Of a DNA stretch of 63,454 nt, positions 7,721-14,189 are shown one piece after another. The notes beneath the pieces are model-generated. The model worked only from the letters and a program-made list of their open reading frames with translations, searched no databases and was not told the DNA's origin. Each line of letters starts with the position of its first letter. Position 1 is the first letter of the stretch. The translations under genes were made by a program, and so were the position numbers. Source of the DNA: a virus; IMG/VR virus record IMGVR_UViG_3300046517_000593, positions 1 through 63,454 of that record. One strand, written 5' to 3'.

Positions 7721-7726
7721 AAGCTT

Positions 7727-8632
7727 CTAGCTTCCTCGGATATCTGTCTTGCGCTCCCATCTCATATCAATGCCCGGAGTCGGCATCTCCGGCATGCAGA
7801 TTGCCTGTATCGCAGAAGCGTTGGGTTCCATCCGAACGAGCGCCCGGTTGTGAGCATAGAGACGATGAATAGCCTCGGGGTCATCTTGTAATGACCAAAC
7901 CTTTTTCTTGCCCCCGACTAAGCCTTTCTGCTTCGAAGCTTCAACCACCTGAACCAAAGTTGCTGCTCGCTCCTGCTCTGCTGCACGGTAAGCTGCTATC
8001 TCGGCTTGCGCTGCCGCTTCAGCTTCAGCCTGACCAACTGCTAGCGCAGCTTGCTGTGCTATCTTGGCCGCTACGCGAGCAGCCTGCTTATCCTTCGCAG
8101 TCTTAGCTTCGAGAACCATTCTCATTGCTTCTTCCTGTAAGCGTCTTGCTTCGATATTAGCTGCTTCAATCTCGCGCTGTTTCTTTTCCGCTTCGCGAGC
8201 AAGCCTGTCAGCCTCAGCTTGAGCTTCTCGAATCTTGCGTTGACGCTCCTCATTCTCGGCTCGCACTCGCCTTTCTTCAGCTACCGAAAATGCGGTTAGC
8301 ATCGTCTTAAGATTCTCAAGAAGCTTTTCTGCCGGCGCGCAAACGTCATTGGTCATCTGCCGAGACTTGCGCTGAATCGGCAGAATGATTGCGTTGATTG
8401 TCTCCTGATAATCCTCGGCTTGTTTCAGCCAATTCTTCAACTCTTTGGCATAAGTCGCAACCGTCTGCTGCTCCTGAGCCGTTGTGCACTGTTTGCACGC
8501 GACTTTTACAGTGGCCAGCATCTCATCACGAATCGCAATCACTTCCTCGGATGGAACGATGCGCTCCAAATACTGAGCAGCCATCGTTTTGATATCCGAT
8601 AGTGTATCAGCCTTTATTAATTCCATGCTCAT
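7727..8632 (-). CDS. hypothetical coiled-coil protein (Ala/Glu/Arg-rich centre)
   Basis: 301-aa ORF in the replication/recombination neighbourhood. No diagnostic motif was seen. Confidence 0.65.
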   Translation of the reverse strand: MSMELIKADTLSDIKTMAAQYLERIVPSEEVIAIRDEMLATVKVACKQCTTAQEQQTVATYAKELKNWLKQAEDYQETINAIILPIQRKSRQMTNDVCAPAEKLLENLKTMLTAFSVAEERRVRAENEERQRKIREAQAEADRLAREAEKKQREIEAANIEARRLQEEAMRMVLEAKTAKDKQAARVAAKIAQQAALAVGQAEAEAAAQAEIAAYRAAEQERAATLVQVVEASKQKGLVGGKKKVWSLQDDPEAIHRLYAHNRALVRMEPNASAIQAICMPEMPTPGIDMRWERKTDIRGS

Positions 8633-8808
8633 AATCCCAACTCCTTTCTTGCGAGCGTTCGAAAATCACTCGCAAGCTCCTGAAGCATTGTTGACATGTC
8701 ATTTGCGCTCCCGCTTTCCAATTTTCGATTGTTACCAGCCATCGCCCATTCCTCCGCTCGCTTTTCCATTATCTGCGCCATCGCATTCAAAAGTTCTGGA
8801 TTGTTCAT
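8629..8808 (-). CDS. 59-aa hypothetical protein (below the ORF-track cutoff)
   Basis: Hand translation MNNPELLNAMAQIMEKRAEEWAMAGNNRKLESGSANDMSTMLQELASDFRTLARKELGL. Its TGA overlaps the next ATG (ATGA). Confidence 0.45.
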   Translation of the reverse strand: MNNPELLNAMAQIMEKRAEEWAMAGNNRKLESGSANDMSTMLQELASDFRTLARKELGL

Positions 8809-8811
8809 AGG

Positions 8812-9705
8812 TCAAAAAGGCGCCTCTTCCGAGGAGTCATATCGCGTTATTGGATTTTGTTTCGAATCGGTAGCAGACTTCGGTTTCTGTTCAACTTTAG
8901 CCGGTTGCTTTTCTTCCTTCTCGATTAACTTGACCGGCATCCGATTGTGGACTCCCATCTGAAAAAGCTGAATCGCATTCATGGCAATCGAGCCTTGAAA
9001 CTGCTCTTCGGTAAGGTCAATCCCGCTTAATTCGATATACCGTTTTCGCGCTTCCAGTTGAGCCAGCGCAGCTACCAGCCAGACATTAGCATTCCTGCAA
9101 GCTTGCATTTTGCACGAAACGATGTTTTTGCGGTCCAGTTCAGCCTTCTCTTGAGCCGAAATTTGCCCTGAATTCGTTGCAGACTTAACCGGAGGCAAGC
9201 TTTTGGGCTTCTGCTGTGTCTTGACAGGCTCCGAATCGTCCTGAGCCGATTCTGGCTCATCCTCATTTGGAACCTCATCCGGCTCCGGTTCAGATGATTC
9301 CTGAGTTTTCTTCATCCCGCCTAACGAGATTTCAGCCGTCGGTGTAATCCAAAGAACTTTATCCTCATGCTCAGTCCCATCCTTGTCCGTCCACTTATTC
9401 TCCTTGGTCTTGAGTCCCGTCAGTCCACGCTCACCGTTGTAAGCCACAAGATGAATCGTTTTTCCAACCCAGTCCCTCGGTAATTCGTCTCGCCCGTTCG
9501 ATACTGCCGTGATTTCAAACTCAGCATCCTCTAAATCCTGAAGGATGAAATTCTGAATCTGGTAGACCTCACCCTTTTTTGCGCCCTTACGCTTTGATGG
9601 TCCGGTGAAAAATTTGAAGACTGCTTTTACCTTACCTTTGCATGCGCTGACGTTTTCACCGATATCAACCGTCTCAACCAACTGCTTAACCGTTTTTACT
9701 AACAT
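8812..9705 (-). CDS. putative ssDNA-binding protein (OB-like N-terminus, acidic C-terminal tip ...DSSEEAPF)
   Basis: 297 aa with a beta-rich N-terminal 130 aa and an acidic/Pro linker. The terminal EEAPF resembles the SSB D-D-D-I-P-F tip. Confidence 0.4.
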   Translation of the reverse strand: MLVKTVKQLVETVDIGENVSACKGKVKAVFKFFTGPSKRKGAKKGEVYQIQNFILQDLEDAEFEITAVSNGRDELPRDWVGKTIHLVAYNGERGLTGLKTKENKWTDKDGTEHEDKVLWITPTAEISLGGMKKTQESSEPEPDEVPNEDEPESAQDDSEPVKTQQKPKSLPPVKSATNSGQISAQEKAELDRKNIVSCKMQACRNANVWLVAALAQLEARKRYIELSGIDLTEEQFQGSIAMNAIQLFQMGVHNRMPVKLIEKEEKQPAKVEQKPKSATDSKQNPITRYDSSEEAPF

Positions 9706-9722
9706 AGTTTTCCTTTTCGTTT

Positions 9723-9995
9723 TTAATTGCTCCTGCTCCCGCTCCTGCTCCAGCTCCTGCTCCCGCTCCCGCTCCAGCTCCCGCTCCCGCTCCAGCTCCA
9801 GCTCCCGCTCCCGCTCCAGCTCCCGCTCCAGCTCCAGCTCCCGCTCCAGCTCCTGCTCCCGCTCCTGCTCCTGCTCCCGCTCCTGCTCCAGCTCCCGCTC
9901 CTGCTCCTGCTCCCGCTCCAGCTCCTGCTCCCGCTCCAGCTCCTGCTCCCGCTCCTGCTCCTGCTCCAGCCTTCAGCTAACAGACATGCGTTCAT
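9723..9995 (-). CDS. possible 90-aa (Arg/Gly/Trp)-Ser dipeptide-repeat protein; coding status doubtful
   Basis: This is the only frame through the array that has a start codon. The ATG overlaps the TGA of 9992..10327 (ATGA). All six frames are open here. Confidence 0.25.
   Translation of the reverse strand: MNACLLAEGWSRSRSGSRSWSGSRSWSGSRSRSGSWSRSGSRSRSGSRSWSGSWSWSGSWSGSGSWSWSGSGSWSGSGSRSWSRSGSRSN
9729..9968. repeat. (GCTCCN)x40 perfect hexanucleotide array
   Basis: Counted unit by unit: 40 units with no indels. Positions 1-5 are invariant. Position 6 is T in 13 units, C in 15, A in 12 and never G. Confidence 0.95.
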
Positions 9996-10327
9996 TTTTT
10001 AGAGCGTTGAAGTTTATCCACGATACATGCATCAAGAATTGCACCGCGTCCGATAATCACTTCACCATCTGGATACGGCTCTACTTCGGAAAACTCTCCA
10101 CTTTTTAGCGCATCTGAAAACCGACCGTCATCGGCAATCCATGCCGCATCGGTGAGCACCAGTTCCAATGGTCCTACTCGGTTGAGTCTACCGGTGTAAT
10201 GATGCGTCACCGTTCGAATGAAATAGATGGCACCAATTTTGTAAGGATGCTCCGATTGCTGTTGCTGCCCTGTGAACAATCGCGCTATCGCACGTGCTTC
10301 ACCTATCGTTAATGTTTCAATGTCCAT
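9992..10327 (-). CDS. hypothetical protein
   Basis: 111 aa. The ATG is preceded by AAGGAAAAAA. Confidence 0.65.
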   Translation of the reverse strand: MDIETLTIGEARAIARLFTGQQQQSEHPYKIGAIYFIRTVTHHYTGRLNRVGPLELVLTDAAWIADDGRFSDALKSGEFSEVEPYPDGEVIIGRGAILDACIVDKLQRSKK

Positions 10328-10411
10328 GCGTTTTTTCCTTTCAGTGTTTTCGTTTGATTGTGTAACTGCGCTTAATGAATCCGATGATTCGAATAAGATT
10401 GATGAGCCGTT

Positions 10412-10573
10412 TCATGGAACAAGTTCGTAATTGCTTTGCGTTTTAATCCAGTGCTCGATTGCTTCCTTGGTCCAGTCCAAATTAAATTCAGCCGCTATTT
10501 GATACTTTCTGCGTTCTGCGAACATCACAAGCCAGCTATTCGAAGTTTTCACAAGTCTCACTCGACGTTTCAT
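10412..10573 (-). CDS. 53-aa hypothetical protein (below the ORF-track cutoff)
   Basis: Hand translation MKRRVRLVKTSNSWLVMFAERRKYQIAAEFNLDWTKEAIEHWIKTQSNYELVP. ATGA overlaps at both ends. Confidence 0.4.
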   Translation of the reverse strand: MKRRVRLVKTSNSWLVMFAERRKYQIAAEFNLDWTKEAIEHWIKTQSNYELVP

Positions 10574-10656
10574 ACATTCGCGAGCACGCAAATTATTATC
10601 GCTCCAGCAGTGGCTAATGCGTAGAGCACGAACCAGATGTTGATGGATTTGTTCAT
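10570..10656 (-). CDS. 28-aa hydrophobic peptide (MNKSINIWFVLYALATAGAIIICVLANV)
   Basis: ATGA overlaps at both ends. Single TM helix. Confidence 0.35.
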   Translation of the reverse strand: MNKSINIWFVLYALATAGAIIICVLANV

Positions 10657-11000
10657 ACGAGTTTGTAGACCATCTTCACTCTGCTGCCAGGACGGTTTTC
10701 CCGCTTGTCTAAAACTTGACCGTCAACGACAGCAAATACATGCCGAGTTACTCTCACTACGTAACGACCGCTTTGAAGCTCCGGCAAAATTGTCTTGAGC
10801 GCGCGACATGAGAGTTCAGGCATTGCTTCAAATCCCAATCTTTCAGCAACACTCTTAAAGTGAATTCCCTGTCCCTGCTTTCGACCAACAGCTTGCAGCT
10901 TGCAATACGCTTCGTGATAAGGAATAGCCAATGCATGCGCAGTAGCTCTCACTGTGCAATCCTTCTTGTCACTTTGAATGTCAGTGTTAATTGGTTTCAT
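10653..11000 (-). CDS. hypothetical protein, possible papain-like Cys/His fold
   Basis: KDCTVRATAHALA ... RHVFAVVDGQVLD suggests a Cys...His...Asp arrangement. This is weak. Confidence 0.55.
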   Translation of the reverse strand: MKPINTDIQSDKKDCTVRATAHALAIPYHEAYCKLQAVGRKQGQGIHFKSVAERLGFEAMPELSCRALKTILPELQSGRYVVRVTRHVFAVVDGQVLDKRENRPGSRVKMVYKLV

Positions 11001-11197
11001 AATGGAACGGCTACCACACTGAAGCCGCCTTTTTCCAGCGGTTTCGATGAGAGCCGGAAAGTTATCACGCCGGCATCACGCAATGTTTTTGACTCACGGA
11101 GCCATTGCGCCCGCTCTCGAACAGTTGTAATCGTATGGACTTCGCCGACCTTCATTGCGCGAATCTTAGCCGCGACTTCAAGTGTTTTTGGTTTCAT
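10997..11197 (-). CDS. hypothetical protein
   Basis: Start trimmed to the ATG at 11197, which is preceded by GGGAGAA. Confidence 0.5.
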   Translation of the reverse strand: MKPKTLEVAAKIRAMKVGEVHTITTVRERAQWLRESKTLRDAGVITFRLSSKPLEKGGFSVVAVPL

Positions 11198-11272
11198 CAG
11201 AATTATTCTCCCGGATTTTCCGCGCCGGGAGCCGCGTTTGACAGATGGCAACAGACCACCCGTCGAAAGGGT

Positions 11273-11503
11273 TTAAGGATAGCATTCCGGATTGCTCACG
11301 CGATCAAGTCTCGAACCGCGTAGATCGTCGCATTGATCATGCCTTTGAATTAAGGCACGTTCTTTGCGAGCGTCCTCAATCGTCTCAAAAGGTCCGATTT
11401 CGATATCTCCGAGCGGGTGCCAATTAGGCGGAAAGAAAAAGAAGCCCAGTTCTCCCCGCCAAATTTCCCACGGAAGTTTTACTGTTTCGGTTTGTGTTTT
11501 CAT
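11273..11503 (-). CDS. hypothetical protein
   Basis: 76-aa ORF with an ATG start. Confidence 0.55.
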   Translation of the reverse strand: MKTQTETVKLPWEIWRGELGFFFFPPNWHPLGDIEIGPFETIEDARKERALIQRHDQCDDLRGSRLDRVSNPECYP

Positions 11504-11535
11504 CTGTCAATTTTGATTCGAGAGGGTTTGTTGTT

Positions 11536-11733
11536 TTACCTGTTTGCGATTATTTCACAGCATGCGTCCCACAAATCCTGCTCTTCGTCGAATGATTGAG
11601 AGAGCAGGATATTGATATACGCATTCAATGTTTCTTCGCTAAGCGCAACACCGTGTTTCCTCGCTGCCGCCTTCAGGTTTCTTGTAATTTTCTCTCGCAT
11701 CTGAGTAGAATGTATCTTGATAATATTATCCAT
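11536..11733 (-). CDS. hypothetical protein, first gene after the promoter/operator region
   Basis: 65-aa ORF. A 22-bp palindrome starts 3 nt upstream of the ATG. Confidence 0.55.
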   Translation of the reverse strand: MDNIIKIHSTQMREKITRNLKAAARKHGVALSEETLNAYINILLSQSFDEEQDLWDACCEIIANR

Positions 11734-11735
11734 GC

Positions 11736-11757
11736 AAGAATTATTTTAATAATTCTT
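11736..11757. promoter_or_regulatory. 22-bp AT palindrome (candidate operator or RBS-occluding hairpin)
   Basis: AAGAATTATT-TT-AATAATTCTT with 10-bp perfect arms. It sits between an AT-rich stretch (TTGCAA-16 nt-TAAAAT on the minus strand) and the ATG at 11733. Confidence 0.45.
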
Positions 11758-11796
11758 AATTTTATGTGTAATATCATACTTTGCAATATGTTGCAG

Positions 11797-11823
11797 GCAA
11801 TAAAAAACCTCGCGAGGTGAGGT
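11797..11823 (-). terminator. rho-independent terminator (minus strand)
   Basis: Minus strand: AACCTC-ACCTCGC-GAGGTT followed by TTTTTATT, 33 nt after the stop of 11856..12158. Confidence 0.6.
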
Positions 11824-11855
11824 TCTCGGAGGTTTCGGGAAGCGTTGAGGCTAGA

Positions 11856-12158
11856 TTATAGCTGGATTTTGATTGCGTAAGGCAAAGCCGAAACAAACTG
11901 CTGACGCATCAAAGCGGTATCCTGAGCAGCCTGCTCGGAGTGGCCGACCAGCTTGCCTGAGTATGCAAGCTGGTCTAGTGACTGAGCCAAGTCTGGATAT
12001 TTCTGCACGAGAACATCCATCGTTGCACCGAGCATCTCTTCAGTTTTTTGAGTGGTCGCTGCCTGCGTTACCAAATTCGCGTCGAATGGTTTCAAAGCTG
12101 ACTTCGCCTGTTCTACAGTCTCAATTTTTCTAGGGTTAATTGTATATGGGTTTAGCAT
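11856..12158 (-). CDS. hypothetical protein bracketed by two terminators
   Basis: 100 aa. The ATG is preceded by AAAGGAAAA. Confidence 0.6.
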   Translation of the reverse strand: MLNPYTINPRKIETVEQAKSALKPFDANLVTQAATTQKTEEMLGATMDVLVQKYPDLAQSLDQLAYSGKLVGHSEQAAQDTALMRQQFVSALPYAIKIQL

Positions 12159-12180
12159 TTTTCCTTTTGTTATTTACGCT

Positions 12181-12226
12181 TTGAAAAGAAACCGTCCCGA
12201 AGACGGTCAAGAACTTCGGGACGGTT
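12181..12226 (-). terminator. rho-independent terminator (minus strand)
   Basis: 13-bp perfect stem AACCGTCCCGAAG / CTTCGGGACGGTT, followed on the minus strand by TCTTTTC. Confidence 0.75.
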
Positions 12227-12273
12227 GGTGTCCCCGGTAGGAGAAAGCGCATGTGAAAACTCCAAACCGGAAA

Positions 12274-12579
12274 TCATTTTGCAAGCGCAGTGCGATTCGC
12301 TTTCAATTTCTGAATCTTCAGTGGCTCGTAGTGGTTAACCGCTGCTTCCATTTCCTTCTGCGCCGCGATGTAAGCCGCGACCGCTGCCTTCCATTTCGCA
12401 ACCTGGTCAGCAGGCACCTTGACGACTACGTTCTCAGGATTGCCCGGCTTCTGCAAATTGAATGTCGGATAAACTCCTTCATCAATCGAGACATAGGCCG
12501 TGGCAATCTTCGGACTCGAAGTGCTCGCACACGCCGGAAGCAACGCCAAAGCTATCGCAAAAACGAATGGAATCTTCAT
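12274..12579 (-). CDS. lipoprotein (possible o-spanin-like)
   Basis: MKIPFVFAIALALLPAC has a signal peptide with lipobox LPAC. Confidence 0.6.
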   Translation of the reverse strand: MKIPFVFAIALALLPACASTSSPKIATAYVSIDEGVYPTFNLQKPGNPENVVVKVPADQVAKWKAAVAAYIAAQKEMEAAVNHYEPLKIQKLKANRTALAK

Positions 12580-12584
12580 GGATG

Positions 12585-13073
12585 TTACTTCTTTGCCTTT
12601 AGCGTGGGTTCAGGAGTCGGAGTAGGTCCAGGCGTCAAATCGTCCAGCGCTTGAAGCGCAGCCCGGACAGCTTCAGTTTTTGAAGCTAGTGCACTTCCCT
12701 GAGATTGGAGCGAGTCAATGCGAGCCTGGTCTTCGGGAGTCACGCCACCCACGGAATTTTGAAGCTCCGTGATTTTATCGTTCAGGGACTGAATGTCCTT
12801 GCCGATATCCGATATGGAGGTAACAGCCGCTTCGAGCCCGTCATTTACGAGTTTGTTATTTGCTTCCTGGTTATCTGCGAAGTCACTAATTTTTGACATA
12901 AGTTTTCCAATTTGATTATGCAGGTCATCTATTTTATTTTCGATACGATGGAGTGTCCTGCGGTCCTCACCTCGTTCGAGTTTCTGACATTCAGAAATTA
13001 CTTTAGTTGCCAGAGCAATGTCTCCAACATTGCCGACCATCCTATCCAATAAACAATACTCCCGTTCTGTCAT
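12585..13073 (-). CDS. coiled-coil protein
   Basis: 162 aa with heptad-like repeats and a Pro/Thr-rich C-terminus. Confidence 0.6.
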   Translation of the reverse strand: MTEREYCLLDRMVGNVGDIALATKVISECQKLERGEDRRTLHRIENKIDDLHNQIGKLMSKISDFADNQEANNKLVNDGLEAAVTSISDIGKDIQSLNDKITELQNSVGGVTPEDQARIDSLQSQGSALASKTEAVRAALQALDDLTPGPTPTPEPTLKAKK

Positions 13074-13453
13074 GGTCGTTTGATTGGCAGGAGTTGTTCC
13101 CGATTCTGCGGTGGTAGAAGGATGCGAATCAAATCGCCAAGGTCAGACGCTGCGTAATTGAGAGCCGTAATCGCTAGCTGAACCGTGGAAGCATTTGGAT
13201 TCGATTTGTAGGCTGCCATCGCATCGGCGAAAACTTTCTTTGCTTGAGTGTAGGCTGCGAAAGCCTTGTTCACCTTATCAATATCGGACTGGCTCACTCT
13301 GCCTTCAGCTACGTAAACGCTCCATACGTTCATCGCGACCGTAACCGCGATGTCGATTACTCCAGCAGTAGTCTGAGAGTTCTTCTCGAAGGTCGCGCAG
13401 GAGCAAAAAAGAATCGAAGCCAGAACCAAAACGGATGCTAATTTATTTTTCAT
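13070..13453 (-). CDS. putative lipoprotein
   Basis: MKNKLASVLVLASILFCSC has a signal peptide ending in Cys residues. Confidence 0.55.
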   Translation of the reverse strand: MKNKLASVLVLASILFCSCATFEKNSQTTAGVIDIAVTVAMNVWSVYVAEGRVSQSDIDKVNKAFAAYTQAKKVFADAMAAYKSNPNASTVQLAITALNYAASDLGDLIRILLPPQNREQLLPIKRP

Positions 13454-13817
13454 TCAACTCGTTATCCACTTCTTCTTCTGACTTGTCAATATCCTCAGTG
13501 TGGTGAACTAAGTGACCACTCACCCCGCGTAGCTGATAAACCATCATCCAACAAGGTATCGTCATGCAAGCTCGACCCACCCAGTAGAAACAACCTCCAG
13601 CAGTAGTAAGCGGCACCATATTGTAACCATACCCATGAGAAATCATGTGAAACAAGCCACGCAAGAAAATGCCGAAGAATACTAAAGCTAGCACGCTGAC
13701 GAGATTAGTTTGACTTCCGTTGCGTAGTGAAAGCAGCCTCATTCCGCAGAACAGCGAAGCAATCATATCTGAAATCAAAGAGAGGATAATCATCAATCCA
13801 AATATTTCAGGCTTCAT
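13443..13817 (-). CDS. multi-pass membrane protein (holin candidate)
   Basis: Three to four hydrophobic helices and a charged C-terminal tail (EDIDKSEEEVDNELNEK). Confidence 0.5.
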   Translation of the reverse strand: MKPEIFGLMIILSLISDMIASLFCGMRLLSLRNGSQTNLVSVLALVFFGIFLRGLFHMISHGYGYNMVPLTTAGGCFYWVGRACMTIPCWMMVYQLRGVSGHLVHHTEDIDKSEEEVDNELNEK

Positions 13818-14140
13818 TTTTTAGTCTCAACTTTCCTTGCCAGATTTTTGAATTCCTCGATTAACACTTTCTGACCATCTGCTAGCTTCGTCATTGCACA
13901 AGTAAAATCATCACAAATCTTTTGATTTCTACTCTCGCTCCGAAGCACTTGCTCCTGCCGTTCCTTGATTTGTTCCTTCAAGAATTGCAGAGCAACCTCT
14001 TTTTGCCTCTCCATTTCCTCGAACCATTTTACCACCAATGGCCAAATCGAGAACTTGAAGAATCCTGAGAGGACCGCAAGTATCACGAATGAGATACCAA
14101 AGTCTTTCATCCATTGTGCTAGTTCTTTCACGTCTCCCAT
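13814..14140 (-). CDS. N-terminal TM anchor plus coiled coil (i-spanin or holin-like)
   Basis: FGISFVILAVLSGFFKFSIWPLVV followed by charged helical sequence. Confidence 0.5.
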   Translation of the reverse strand: MGDVKELAQWMKDFGISFVILAVLSGFFKFSIWPLVVKWFEEMERQKEVALQFLKEQIKERQEQVLRSESRNQKICDDFTCAMTKLADGQKVLIEEFKNLARKVETKK

Positions 14141-14189
14141 TGTTCCTTTTGTTATTCTGCATGCAATAGGGTATTCACCCCAAGTAGAA

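Noticed and set aside
9729-9968. Possible CRISPR array
   Set aside because: The units are contiguous 6-mers with no spacers and no repeat-spacer periodicity, so this is a simple tandem repeat.
9975-9994. Read-through fusion of 9992..10327 to the in-frame Gly-Ala reading of the hexamer array
   Set aside because: It would require suppression of two stops (the TGA at 9994-9992 and a TAG four codons later). It is kept only as a remark in the repeat finding.
10341-10415. 24-aa ORF (MKRLINLIRIIGFIKRSYTIKRKH), ATGA-coupled to the 53-aa ORF
   Set aside because: It is too short and too basic or low-information to call. It may simply be spacer sequence before the well-formed RBS of 9992..10327.
11758-11796. 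Sigma70-type promoter hexamers (TTGCAA-16 nt-TAAAAT on the minus strand) and a similar guess at 62611-62687
   Set aside because: The matches are partial and the host promoter consensus is unknown. They are reported only as context, not as features.
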